Notes: generated from the sequence alone by a model not told the origin. Counted from the first letter of the stretch, positions 41,647 to 50,677 are shown. The stretch is 64,000 bases of DNA from Desulfobacteraceae bacterium (GCA_027061725.1 JAMOVG010000382.1:15644-79643), one strand, 5' to 3'. Translations and numbers: made by a program.

Positions 41647-43062
41647 CTAAGGTTCCAGGGGCAGTTCCACCACCACCCGGGCGCCGCCCTGCTCACGGTT
41701 CTCCATGTGGATGGTGCCGCCGTGGGCCTCGATGATGTTGCGCACGATCCCCAGCCCCAAGCCGGTGCCTTTTTCCTTGGTGGTGAAAAAGGGGTCCCAA
41801 ATCTTTTCGCCGATCTCCTCGGAAAACCCGGGGCCGGTATCTTCGAAAAAGAGGCGCACGCGGGCATCGTCCGCTTCGGCGTGAATTCGGATGGTGCCGC
41901 CATCGGGCATGGCTTGCAGGGCGTTGAGCAGGATGTTCAGAAACGCCTGGTAGAGCATGTTCGCATCCGCATGGATCTGCGGCAAGTCGTCGTCGAGCCG
42001 CTGCTCCACCACGATGCCCTGCTCCCGGAAACGAGGGGCCAGGAAACCGATGTTGCGCGCCACGATGTCACCCAGACAGCAGGGCGCCAAGTCCGGCTCG
42101 CGGGGTTTGGCAAAGTTGAGAAAATCGGTGATGATGTTGTTCAGGCGCGTGGCTTCCTGTACGATCACATCCGGAATGGGATTGCCGGGGTCCACAACGG
42201 CCATTTTCTTCTTCAGCAGTTCGGCGGAACTCTTGATGATGCCCAGGGGGTTTCGGATTTCATGCGAAACGCCGGCGGTCATTTCGCCCAGGGAAGACAG
42301 GTGCCGGGCGCGATTGAGTTTCTGCTCCAGGCGCTGCCTCTCCAGGGAGCGTTTCTCGATAATGGCCTCGCCGCGCTTGACCACGAAAATCAGCACCAGC
42401 AGCAGAATGGACATCACCAGCGTCGAGGTGATGATGATGGTCACTTGGTAGCGAAAAATGGCGCGGTAATCCTCGGTGACGTCCTGCACGATTTCCACCA
42501 CCCCGAGGACCGGGCCGGAGATCCGCAAAAACTCCCTCTCGGCCCGCAACGGTGCAAAGGTGATCAGCAGGCTTTTTTTGGGGATGCCCAGGGGAATGCC
42601 CCATTTGTAGCCCTGCTGCACCAGCTTGTAGCCGATGTGCCCTTCGCGGGCGCGGGTGTAGAGCGCACCGCCCAGGTTCTCCTTGCCCACCAGTTCGGGA
42701 TCGAAACTGTAGGATATCTTGTTTTTCATATCGTAGATGTTCACCATGGCCACGTGAAAACTGTGCAACGTGCTGCGCACCACGTTGTCCATGCGCTGGA
42801 ACTGCTCGGGATTGCTGAGTTCGATCTTGCCGTATTTCAACACCACCGGCACGATGAACTGCAAAAAAACCTGGTGGTTGAGGTTCTCCATGAGCACCAG
42901 CGCATAGGCTTGGCTTTTTTTCAGCTGAAAAGACCGTGCCCAGTGGATATTGAGCAAAGAGAGTACCAGCGTACCGATGAAAACCGCGATGAGACTCGAA
43001 AAAGTGAAATATTTCACAAGCCTGAAGGGCTTTATTTTTTCGGAATTTGCGCGGCTCTTCAT
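41647..43062 (-). CDS. Sensor histidine kinase with extracytoplasmic sensing domain
   Basis: 471 aa. Two TM segments flank a loop of about 170 aa. H-box GVSHEIRNPLG. N/G boxes NALQAM, DTGPGF, GTGLGLGIV. Immediately upstream of the sigma-54 regulator on the same strand. Confidence 0.85.
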   Translation of the reverse strand: MKSRANSEKIKPFRLVKYFTFSSLIAVFIGTLVLSLLNIHWARSFQLKKSQAYALVLMENLNHQVFLQFIVPVVLKYGKIELSNPEQFQRMDNVVRSTLHSFHVAMVNIYDMKNKISYSFDPELVGKENLGGALYTRAREGHIGYKLVQQGYKWGIPLGIPKKSLLITFAPLRAEREFLRISGPVLGVVEIVQDVTEDYRAIFRYQVTIIITSTLVMSILLLVLIFVVKRGEAIIEKRSLERQRLEQKLNRARHLSSLGEMTAGVSHEIRNPLGIIKSSAELLKKKMAVVDPGNPIPDVIVQEATRLNNIITDFLNFAKPREPDLAPCCLGDIVARNIGFLAPRFREQGIVVEQRLDDDLPQIHADANMLYQAFLNILLNALQAMPDGGTIRIHAEADDARVRLFFEDTGPGFSEEIGEKIWDPFFTTKEKGTGLGLGIVRNIIEAHGGTIHMENREQGGARVVVELPLEP

Positions 43063-43304
43063 ACGGGCCGAATCTCCCTGGGATCGATGTTGCCGGTTCG
43101 CTCAACTTTTTTATATGGTGTGCGAAATTTAGCGTAAAGGTCAAGCTTTTTTGGCCGATAACCACATTAACCGTATCGGACGATACTGTTGGCGGGCCTT
43201 CAATCATTCTCCTCATCCAGGAGAGGCAACCCTGAAAAACCCAAGACGCGGGCGTTGGAAACACAGCGGATACTCCGAAAGTGTGGTTCAAAGCAATTAT
43301 ATGC

Positions 43305-43320
43305 TAATTATGCATAATTA
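43305..43320. repeat. 16-bp perfect palindrome TAATTATGCATAATTA (candidate operator)
   Basis: Read directly from the sequence. It lies in the divergent intergenic region between the kinase gene (start 43062) and the XRE/pilM operon, next to a TTGACA hexamer at 43333-43338. Confidence 0.4.
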
Positions 43321-43446
43321 ACCAAAAAAGTTCTTGACATGACCGAAATTAAATGCCATGGGTTTTCGAAACATATCCAGAATGCTCCCGCACCCCTTTG
43401 CATTACCCAGCAGCGCCCTGAAAAACCGCACATACAGGCGATTCAA

Positions 43447-43647
43447 ATGAGCAGAAACCGTTTGAAGGCTGTCAGAGAATCTCTTCTCATGAGCAAAGCA
43501 GAGCTGGCTCGCAAAGCAAACGTCTCTCCAATGACCATCGCCCGCATCGAAAAGGGAAAGCCCTGTCGGCTGGAAACCAAACGTAAAATCATTCTGGCTC
43601 TGGGGCTGAATCTTGCAGATAAAGATGAAATTTTCCAAGATGATTGA
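43447..43647 (+). CDS. XRE-family helix-turn-helix transcriptional regulator (short)
   Basis: MSRNRLKAVRESLLMSKAELARKANVSPMTIARIEKGKPCRLETKRKIILALGL is the classic Cro/C1-type HTH. I prefer ATG 43447 (66 aa) over the track start 43339. It ends 9 nt before pilM. Confidence 0.65.
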   Translation: MSRNRLKAVRESLLMSKAELARKANVSPMTIARIEKGKPCRLETKRKIILALGLNLADKDEIFQDD

Positions 43648-43656
43648 GAGATATTC

Positions 43657-44712
43657 ATGCTGTTTGCCAAGAAAAACCACTTAGTCGGACTCGACATCGG
43701 TTCCCGCACCATCAAAGTCGCAGAAATCACCGGGCTCAGCAAGGGCGGTGCCTTTAAGGCCTTCGGCCTCATCGACATCCCGCCCGGTCTCATCGAGGAC
43801 GGCACCATCAAGGAGCCGGAAAAGGTGGCCGAGTTCATCCGCGAACTGTTTTCCACCCACAAAATCAAGGAGCAGAACGTCGCCACCTCCATCGGCGGAT
43901 ACTCGGTGATCGTCAAGAAAATCGACGTACAGACCATCAGCGAAGAGCAGCTGCAGGAAAACATCCATCTCGAGGCCGAGCAGTACATCCCTTACGACAT
44001 TAACGATGTGTACTTGGATTTTCACATCATCGGGGAAAACGAGAACAACGCCAACCTGACCAGCGTGCTGCTCACGGCGGCCAAAAAGGAGATGGTGGAC
44101 GACTACGCAGGCGTCATTGACATGGCGGGGCTGAACCCCTGCGTGGTGGACGTGGACGCCTTCGCCCTGCAGAATATTTTCGAGTTCACTCAGGGCGGGG
44201 GTGATGAAAACATCGCCCTTATCGACATCGGCGCCTCCAAGACCTCGCTGAACATCCTCAAGAACAATCAGTCCCTCTTCATGCGGGATGTCTCGCTGGG
44301 ATGCGCCCAGATCAACCACAAGATCGCCTCCATGGCCGACTGCTCCGCTGAAGAGGCTGAAGAGATCAAACTGACCGGCAAATCCGACACCCTGTCCTCC
44401 GAACAGATCAAGGAAATCATCTCGACCATCGTGGCCGACTGGTGCCAGGAGATCCGGCGGGCGCTGGATTTCTTCTACTCCACCTACCCGGACGACCAGA
44501 TCAAGCGCATCGTGCTGAGCGGCGGCGGGGCCAACATCAAGGAGTTCAGGGAATTACTGGGCGTCGAAACCTCCGCCGAAGTGGAAGTGATCAACCCCTT
44601 CGCGCCTTTCAGGGCCGACAGCGGACGGCTCGACCCCGCCTATCTGTCACAGGTGGCTCCCCAGGCGGCCATTTGCATGGGGCTGGCTACACGAAGAATC
44701 GACGACAAATGA
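43657..44712 (+). CDS. pilM: Type IV pilus assembly protein PilM (actin-like ATPase fold)
   Basis: 351 aa. LVGLDIGSRTIKVAE, EAEQYIPYDINDVYLDF, ALIDIGASKTSLNI and VLSGGGANIKEF are typical PilM motifs. Confidence 0.9.
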   Translation: MLFAKKNHLVGLDIGSRTIKVAEITGLSKGGAFKAFGLIDIPPGLIEDGTIKEPEKVAEFIRELFSTHKIKEQNVATSIGGYSVIVKKIDVQTISEEQLQENIHLEAEQYIPYDINDVYLDFHIIGENENNANLTSVLLTAAKKEMVDDYAGVIDMAGLNPCVVDVDAFALQNIFEFTQGGGDENIALIDIGASKTSLNILKNNQSLFMRDVSLGCAQINHKIASMADCSAEEAEEIKLTGKSDTLSSEQIKEIISTIVADWCQEIRRALDFFYSTYPDDQIKRIVLSGGGANIKEFRELLGVETSAEVEVINPFAPFRADSGRLDPAYLSQVAPQAAICMGLATRRIDDK

Positions 44713-45317
44713 TACGAATCAACCTGTTACCATTCCGAGATGCTCGCAGAAAAGAGACCGCCCGCAAACAGGTGGGTATTTTCCTGTTGACCATGGCCGT
44801 GGTGCTGGGCCTTCTGCTGGTTGTCCACTTCTACCTGAAAAATCAGGAGAAAAGCCTGCAGACCCGGGTCAAATCCACCAAGGCCCAACTGGCCAAGTAC
44901 GAAAAGATCAACAAGGAAATCACCGCAATCAAAAAGAAGCTGGAGATTCTCAAGAAAAAGACCGACGTCATCAAGAGTTTGGAGGCCAACCGCCGCCAGG
45001 CGGTGGAACTGCTGGATGCCTTCACAAGGTTGGTGATCAAGAAGCGCATGTGGTTCACGCGACTGGAAAGCCACGGCTCACTGTCGGGTACCGTGCGAAT
45101 CCTCGGCATCGCTATGGACAACAAGACCGTGGCCGATTTCATGACACGGCTGGAAAAATCGGGTCTCTTCGCCAGTGTGCAGCTCAAGAACCTGCAAAAG
45201 CACACCATCAAGGAAAACCAGAGCATCGATCTGAAGAAATTTGAGATTGACTGTCAACGGATAGCCAAGAACCCGGTTCAGACGGACAAGAAGAAGAAGA
45301 AGGCCAAAAAGAAATGA
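44709..45317 (+). CDS. pilN: Type IV pilus assembly protein PilN, with Lys-rich C-terminal tail
   Basis: ATG 44709 overlaps the pilM stop. The product has MIRINLLPFRDARRKE, one TM, a coiled coil and a ferredoxin-like domain. It ends QTDKKKKKAKKK. Confidence 0.8.
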   Translation: MIRINLLPFRDARRKETARKQVGIFLLTMAVVLGLLLVVHFYLKNQEKSLQTRVKSTKAQLAKYEKINKEITAIKKKLEILKKKTDVIKSLEANRRQAVELLDAFTRLVIKKRMWFTRLESHGSLSGTVRILGIAMDNKTVADFMTRLEKSGLFASVQLKNLQKHTIKENQSIDLKKFEIDCQRIAKNPVQTDKKKKKAKKK

Positions 45318-45979
45318 AATCAGGCGCATCCGCAGATAAAACCGCACTGTTCGAAAGGATAGAGCAGCTTTCCAAAACCCAGAAGGTCCTGATTTACGTG
45401 GTCTGTATCCTGCTGGTGACAGCCGCGTTCGGATACTTCTCCTTCTACCGCTCGTGGCAGGCCGTCAACAGGCTGTCCAAGGAAGAGAAGCAGCTGCAGG
45501 AAAAACTGACCATCGCAAAGCGCAACGCGCGCCAGATCAAAGCCTATCGCGAGCGCATCGAACAGGCCAAGGCCCGCCTCAAGATGGCCATGCGGGCACT
45601 TCCCGAAAAGCAGGAGATCCCCTCGCTGCTGGCCGGCATCTCCCGGGCCGGGCAACGGGCCGGGCTGGAGTTCACGCTCTTTCAGCCCAAGGCGGAAATC
45701 CCCAAGGACTTCTACGCCGAACTCCCCCTGGCCATCAAGGTCACCGGCACCTATCACCAGGTAGCCACCTTCTTTGACAAGGTTTCCCGGCTGGACCGGA
45801 TCGTCAACATTCAGGACATCACCATGACACCGCTGCCGGATAAAGAACAGTCCGGACCTGACATTAAACTGATGACGGCCTGCACGGCGGTGACCTACAA
45901 GTTCATTGAGCAGTCCCAGCAGAAAAAATCCGGCAAGGACAAGAAGAGAAAGAAGAAGAAAAAGAACAAGAAAAAATAA
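45314..45979 (+). CDS. pilO: Type IV pilus assembly protein PilO, with Lys-rich C-terminal tail
   Basis: 221 aa. ATGA overlap with pilN. One TM, a coiled coil, and the PilO core (IPSLLAGISRAGQRAGLEFTLFQP...VTGTYHQVATFFDKVSRLDRIVNI). It ends KKSGKDKKRKKKKKNKKK. Confidence 0.8.
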   Translation: MKSGASADKTALFERIEQLSKTQKVLIYVVCILLVTAAFGYFSFYRSWQAVNRLSKEEKQLQEKLTIAKRNARQIKAYRERIEQAKARLKMAMRALPEKQEIPSLLAGISRAGQRAGLEFTLFQPKAEIPKDFYAELPLAIKVTGTYHQVATFFDKVSRLDRIVNIQDITMTPLPDKEQSGPDIKLMTACTAVTYKFIEQSQQKKSGKDKKRKKKKKNKKK

Positions 45980-45999
45980 CAGCAGAAACGGCACTGATT

Positions 46000-46611
46000 A
46001 TGTTCAAAGCGAACGCCACCCTGACCCGACTGGCCTGTGTTTTCTGTTTTGCGGCCTTTCTGACAGCCGGCTGCGACAGCGGCACCGAAAAACCCGTCCA
46101 GAAAACCGTCGTAGGACAGAAAATCATGACTTCCTCCAAGAAAAGTGCACCGGCAGCTAAGAAAGAGGCCGCTGCTCATGCGCAGCAGAAAACGACGGCG
46201 CCTGCCTCAGACACCCGTGTGGCCAGCATAAAGCCATACAGCCCTGCAGGCAAAACCGACCCGTTTGTCCCCCTGTTCCGCAAGTCGGAAACCGAAGACA
46301 CCCAGCCCACAGCTTCTCCCAAGAAGAAGCGCAGGAAGCACATCCCCCGCACGCCGCTGGAACGGGTCGACCTCAGCCAGCTGAAACTCACCGCCATCAT
46401 CCGTTCGCCCCAGGGCAACAAGGCATTGGTGGAAGAAGCCACCGGCAAGGGATACGTCGTCACGGTGGGCACCTACTTGGGCAACCAGGGCGGGAAAATC
46501 ACGAAAATACTTGACGATCGCATCATCGTCGAAGAAGAGATAGAACAGCCATTAGGGGGAATCAAAAAAGTACCACGCCAACTGAAACTTCAGAAATCTT
46601 CAGGGGAATGA
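46000..46611 (+). CDS. pilP: Type IV pilus assembly lipoprotein PilP
   Basis: 203 aa. Lipobox LTAGC. DPFVPLF motif. C-terminal beta-domain (LKLTAIIRSPQGNKALVEEATGKGYVVTVGTYLG). Confidence 0.75.
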   Translation: MFKANATLTRLACVFCFAAFLTAGCDSGTEKPVQKTVVGQKIMTSSKKSAPAAKKEAAAHAQQKTTAPASDTRVASIKPYSPAGKTDPFVPLFRKSETEDTQPTASPKKKRRKHIPRTPLERVDLSQLKLTAIIRSPQGNKALVEEATGKGYVVTVGTYLGNQGGKITKILDDRIIVEEEIEQPLGGIKKVPRQLKLQKSSGE

Positions 46612-46615
46612 CACC

Positions 46616-49600
46616 ATGGATGACAGGAAGTGGATGCGCTCCAGTGCTGCAGCTCTTGCAATGGCCCTGCTACTGACCGCTTTCTGGCTGGGAGGATGTG
46701 CCACCAGCCGCGGTGCGGGGCAAACTGCTGAAGTCCAGGCCGATGTTGCCGAAGCCGAAAGCCCGCCGGCGGAAGTGCCGGCCGACGGTAAAAACATTAC
46801 GACCATCCGGGCTGTGCCGCAACCGGACTCGGTGAAGGTACTCATCGAGGGAAACCAGAACCTGACGTACACGTCGATCAAGCAGGCCGTGCCGCTGCGC
46901 ATGGTGTTCTACTTTCCCGGCGCCGCGTTCGCCCCGGACCTCAAACCCGCCATTCCGGAAAACAGCGTTGTCGAGTCCGTCAAAGTGATCCCGGCGGACG
47001 AGGACAACGACACCCCACGGATTGAGCTCTTCCTGAAAAAGGACGTCCCCTGCGACGTCACAAGAGAAGAAGGGCGTGGCCTGAAACTGTCATTTCCCAC
47101 CGGCATGGCCATCGCAGAGAATCAGGATGAGCCGACCGCGAAGGCGGACATCGAGGAACAAAACCTGACGGAACCGACTGCTGACCAGGCGCAATCGTCC
47201 GACACTCCGTCTGCTGCGGCCGTGACCGCTGCAGACGAGCAGGAGACACCGGCGGCGGCCAACGAGTCCCCCGAGAAAGCCGTCCCCCCGCAGGATGCGC
47301 CGCCGGCCACACGGCTGGAATCGGTTTCCGCCCAGGCCGGGGATCAGGGCGTACAGGTGCTGCTGGCGGCCAACGGGGTCATCAACGAATACAGCACGTT
47401 CACGCTCAAATCTCCGCCAAGGATCGTTTACGACATCCCCAACCTGGAGAGCCCCTACCATCGTGAACAGCGTGTCACGGTGGACACGCCGTGGGTAAAG
47501 CGCGTGCGCTATTATGCGGACCCCTTCAAACTGCGGGTGGTGCTGGATACGGATGACGCTTACCTGGCGGCTTATAACGCCAAGCCAACGGGAAACGGCC
47601 TGGCCATCTCGGTGGGCCAACCTGCCCTGGCGTCCGTTGAAACGCCGGCCGAACCGCAACCTAAAGCCGCCGCACCCGAGCCGCAGTCCGGAACCGTAAC
47701 GGCCCAGGTGCAGCCTGCGGAAAGCGTCGTGGAGGCCCCAAAAGCCCCTGAGAAAAAAGCACCCCTGGTAGCCCAGGCGCAAAGCGCCAAAAAACCGGCG
47801 CCGGCGCCAGCCGCAGGGACCACCCGTGCCTGGCTCAACCGACTGGACTTCTCCAGCGAAGCCGGCGGAAAATCGACCGTGGTGATCGGCACCACGGCCC
47901 CGGTCAAGTACGATGTCGTCAAAGAAAACGACCGCCATATCGTGATCCGCCTCCAGAACACCAAAATCCCGGACTATCGCAAACGGCCACTGATCACCAC
48001 CCGCTTCGAGAGCGCGGTGGACCGCATCATCCCCATCCAGAGGCCGGACATGCGTGACCGGGCGCTGATTTCCATCGAACTGCGCGAGGGCGTCAAGTAC
48101 CGCACGGAAACGGAGGGCAACCGGATCCTGGTGCATTTCGAAGCGTCCTCGGTACCCCCCAAGCCTTTTGCCGAGGCCCAGCTTCCGCCCTGGGAGGAAG
48201 TGGCCAACGCCACCGTCGCCGCCATGGAGCAGAAGCAGGCGGCCGACCAGGCCATTCAGGCGGCCGGTGGCGCCGCCGCGCCCGGCCTGCAACAGGCGGC
48301 CGGCACCCCGGCATGGGACCGTGTGAAGCCCAAAAAATTCACCGGCGAAAAGATCGCCCTGGATTTCTATGAAACCGATATCAAGAACGTTTTCCGAATT
48401 CTGCAGGACGTCAGCGGAAAGAACTTTGCCATCGACCAGGATGTGACGGGCAAGGTCACCTTGAGCCTGCACAAACCCGTCCCCTGGGATCAGGTGCTGG
48501 ACCTGGTACTGAAAATGAACCAGCTGGCCATGGTCACCGAGGGCGATGTCATCCGCATCGGCACCCAGGCCAAATTCGAGGCCGAGGAAAGGGCCCGTCG
48601 CAAGCGCTGGGAGGAAGAACTCAAGCGCCAGAAGCTGGAAGTGCAGCTGGCCCAGGCCGTCACCGAGTACATTCCTATCAATTACGCCAACGCCAAAGAC
48701 ATCTACGATATGATTTCACGCGGCAGCGGAAGCACCGGCGGCAGCAGTCGTTCACAGATGGGCAGCGTGGTGGCCGAAGAGAGCGCCAGCGCCAATGCGC
48801 TGCTGACCCCCGGCGTGGGCAGCATCATGTTCGACGAACGCACCAACCAGGTCATCGTGACCGACCTGCCGCCCAAAATCGAGCAGATCAAGCGCATCAT
48901 CTCCCAGCTGGACCGCCCCACCCGGCAGGTCAGCATCGAAGCCCGCATCGTGGAGGCCAGCAGCAGCTTCGCCCGTGAGATCGGCGTGCAGTGGGGCGTC
49001 GAGGGCGGCATCTCCAGCACCGGCAACGAGCCTTACACGGCCAGCCGGCTTCCCGGATCCGGCACGGCCGCCGATCCCAACCAGCCCAGCTGGCTACGGG
49101 AGATGGGCGCTGAGGGCCAGCCGGGCGTCGGCCCCCAGCGCGGCTTCGACACCCTGGGCGGAACCTACGGCTGGGACAGCGCCGTCAACCTGCCCATCAA
49201 TGCAGCAGCCGGCGCAATCGGGTTCAACTTTCTGCGCATCGCCGGCACAGGGCTGGTCATCAATGCACGCCTGATGGCCTCGGAAACCACCGGGGAGAGC
49301 AAGATCATCTCGGCCCCCAAAATCGCGACGCTGGACAACGTCAAAGCGATCATCAAGTCGGGACTGCGCTACCCGTACAACAAGCTGGACGAATCGGGAA
49401 ACACGGTCACCGAATTCGAGGACATCGATCTGGTCCTGGAAGTCACGCCTCACGTAACACTGGACCAGCGCATTTCCATGAAACTGAAAATTACCAAGAA
49501 AGATCTCGGCGATGTCATCAACGGCCAACAGTCCTTCACCACCAAGGAAGCCGAGACTGTGCTGCTGGTCAACGACGGCGACACGGTGGTCATCGGCGGC

Positions 49601-49786
49601 ATCATCAAATCTTCCAAGGGGGCCAGCCAGACAGGGCTGCCTTTCCTGTCCAAGATTCCCATTCTGGGGTGGCTCTTCAAGACCGAGTCCAACGCCAAGC
49701 GCAAAGAGGAACTGCTCATCTTTATCACGCCCAGAATCGTGAACCTGGAAAAACGTGGAAGCGAGAAGGTGACGGTCTCCTCGTGA
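46616..49786 (+). CDS. pilQ: Type IV pilus secretin PilQ with lipobox and three AMIN-like domains
   Basis: 1056 aa. N-terminal WLGGCATS (lipoprotein signal). Three AMIN-like beta modules are separated by Ala/Pro/Glu/Gln-rich linkers. N0/N1 domains follow. The C-terminal secretin core includes GLPFLSKIPILGWLFK...LLIFITPRIV. Confidence 0.9.
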   Translation: MDDRKWMRSSAAALAMALLLTAFWLGGCATSRGAGQTAEVQADVAEAESPPAEVPADGKNITTIRAVPQPDSVKVLIEGNQNLTYTSIKQAVPLRMVFYFPGAAFAPDLKPAIPENSVVESVKVIPADEDNDTPRIELFLKKDVPCDVTREEGRGLKLSFPTGMAIAENQDEPTAKADIEEQNLTEPTADQAQSSDTPSAAAVTAADEQETPAAANESPEKAVPPQDAPPATRLESVSAQAGDQGVQVLLAANGVINEYSTFTLKSPPRIVYDIPNLESPYHREQRVTVDTPWVKRVRYYADPFKLRVVLDTDDAYLAAYNAKPTGNGLAISVGQPALASVETPAEPQPKAAAPEPQSGTVTAQVQPAESVVEAPKAPEKKAPLVAQAQSAKKPAPAPAAGTTRAWLNRLDFSSEAGGKSTVVIGTTAPVKYDVVKENDRHIVIRLQNTKIPDYRKRPLITTRFESAVDRIIPIQRPDMRDRALISIELREGVKYRTETEGNRILVHFEASSVPPKPFAEAQLPPWEEVANATVAAMEQKQAADQAIQAAGGAAAPGLQQAAGTPAWDRVKPKKFTGEKIALDFYETDIKNVFRILQDVSGKNFAIDQDVTGKVTLSLHKPVPWDQVLDLVLKMNQLAMVTEGDVIRIGTQAKFEAEERARRKRWEEELKRQKLEVQLAQAVTEYIPINYANAKDIYDMISRGSGSTGGSSRSQMGSVVAEESASANALLTPGVGSIMFDERTNQVIVTDLPPKIEQIKRIISQLDRPTRQVSIEARIVEASSSFAREIGVQWGVEGGISSTGNEPYTASRLPGSGTAADPNQPSWLREMGAEGQPGVGPQRGFDTLGGTYGWDSAVNLPINAAAGAIGFNFLRIAGTGLVINARLMASETTGESKIISAPKIATLDNVKAIIKSGLRYPYNKLDESGNTVTEFEDIDLVLEVTPHVTLDQRISMKLKITKKDLGDVINGQQSFTTKEAETVLLVNDGDTVVIGGIIKSSKGASQTGLPFLSKIPILGWLFKTESNAKRKEELLIFITPRIVNLEKRGSEKVTVSS

Positions 49787-49843
49787 CGCGGGGGATCCTG
49801 GAAAGCCATGAAACGCAAAACCCATGGAACTGAAAGGAAGTTT

Positions 49844-50677
49844 ATGAAATTCAAGAATCTGTCAACAACGATACTGGTGGTGGTGATCCTGTCGCTGATT
49901 GGCTACATGGCAGGCTGCGGTTCGAAGGGCGGCGTGGCCGACCCGCAGGCCGGTTACATCGAGCTGACGGCCACCCCGTCCTGTCTCAGGCCGCTGGAAC
50001 GCACGTCGTCGGTCATCGTGGCCACGGTGTACAAATCTGGCGGCGAGCCCGCCGACATCGGCACCCGCGTGACCTTCCGCATCTCGACGGGCATCGGTAC
50101 ATTCGCCAACGGCACCCGTGAGCTGACCACGCACACCACCGGTGCCAACGGTGTCGCTTCGGTGGTGGCCATCGCGGGCGATATCGAGGGCACCATGGCC
50201 GTCACCGCCGAGTCCAGCGGCATGAAACAGCGCGTGGATATTCCCATCGACGAAAACTGCGACCCGGACACCGGCTCCACCGACACCGAGACGGACACCA
50301 GCACCGCAACGGATACCAGTACCAGTACAGCCACAGACACGGATACGGGAACCGACACTGGCGCAACCACCAACGCCATGATTATGGTGGACGTGCCCAC
50401 CCAGGCCATGGCGGCCGACGGCAACTCCTCCGTCACCCTGACGGTCAGCGTAGCCGACAGCGAAGCGCATATCGTACCCATCGGTACCCCGGTGACCTTT
50501 TCCACCACCCTGGGCACCTTCGCCAACGGCCGGCAGACGTACAGCCTGCCCACCACCGACGAGAGCGGTACGGTTCAGGCGCAGTTGTTCGCCGGCACCA
50601 CCCCTGGAATGGCCGAGGTGACGGTTGCCGCCGAGGGCAGCTACCAGGTGATCCACGTCGCCATGGTCGCACCGTAG
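49844..50677 (+). CDS. Lipoprotein with two bacterial Ig-like (Big_1/invasin-type) domains joined by a Thr/Asp-rich linker
   Basis: The start was moved to ATG 49844, giving MKFKNLSTTILVVVILSLIGYMAGCGS (lipobox). Two repeats follow the pattern A(T/D)G.S...V.V...G.P...GT.VTF.T.LGTFANG...T...G.....(AE)VTV/A. The family call is by pattern only. Confidence 0.65.
   Translation: MKFKNLSTTILVVVILSLIGYMAGCGSKGGVADPQAGYIELTATPSCLRPLERTSSVIVATVYKSGGEPADIGTRVTFRISTGIGTFANGTRELTTHTTGANGVASVVAIAGDIEGTMAVTAESSGMKQRVDIPIDENCDPDTGSTDTETDTSTATDTSTSTATDTDTGTDTGATTNAMIMVDVPTQAMAADGNSSVTLTVSVADSEAHIVPIGTPVTFSTTLGTFANGRQTYSLPTTDESGTVQAQLFAGTTPGMAEVTVAAEGSYQVIHVAMVAP
50261..50371 (+). repeat. Low-complexity Thr/Asp-coding repeat (DPDTGSTDTETDTSTATDTSTSTATDTDTGTDTGATT)
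   Basis: Degenerate tandem ACC/ACG/GAC/GAT codon units, read directly. It forms the inter-domain linker of the lipoprotein. Confidence 0.8.

Noticed and set aside
40672-43137. 821-aa plus-strand ORF opposite the sigma-54 regulator and sensor kinase. Also 35364-37073 minus (opposite recN), 37200-38405 minus, 7629-9050 minus, 47090-48472 minus and 50445-51668 minus
   Set aside because: Same reasoning: each is antisense to a gene with strong motif support, has no recognisable domains, and has an unbalanced amino-acid composition.
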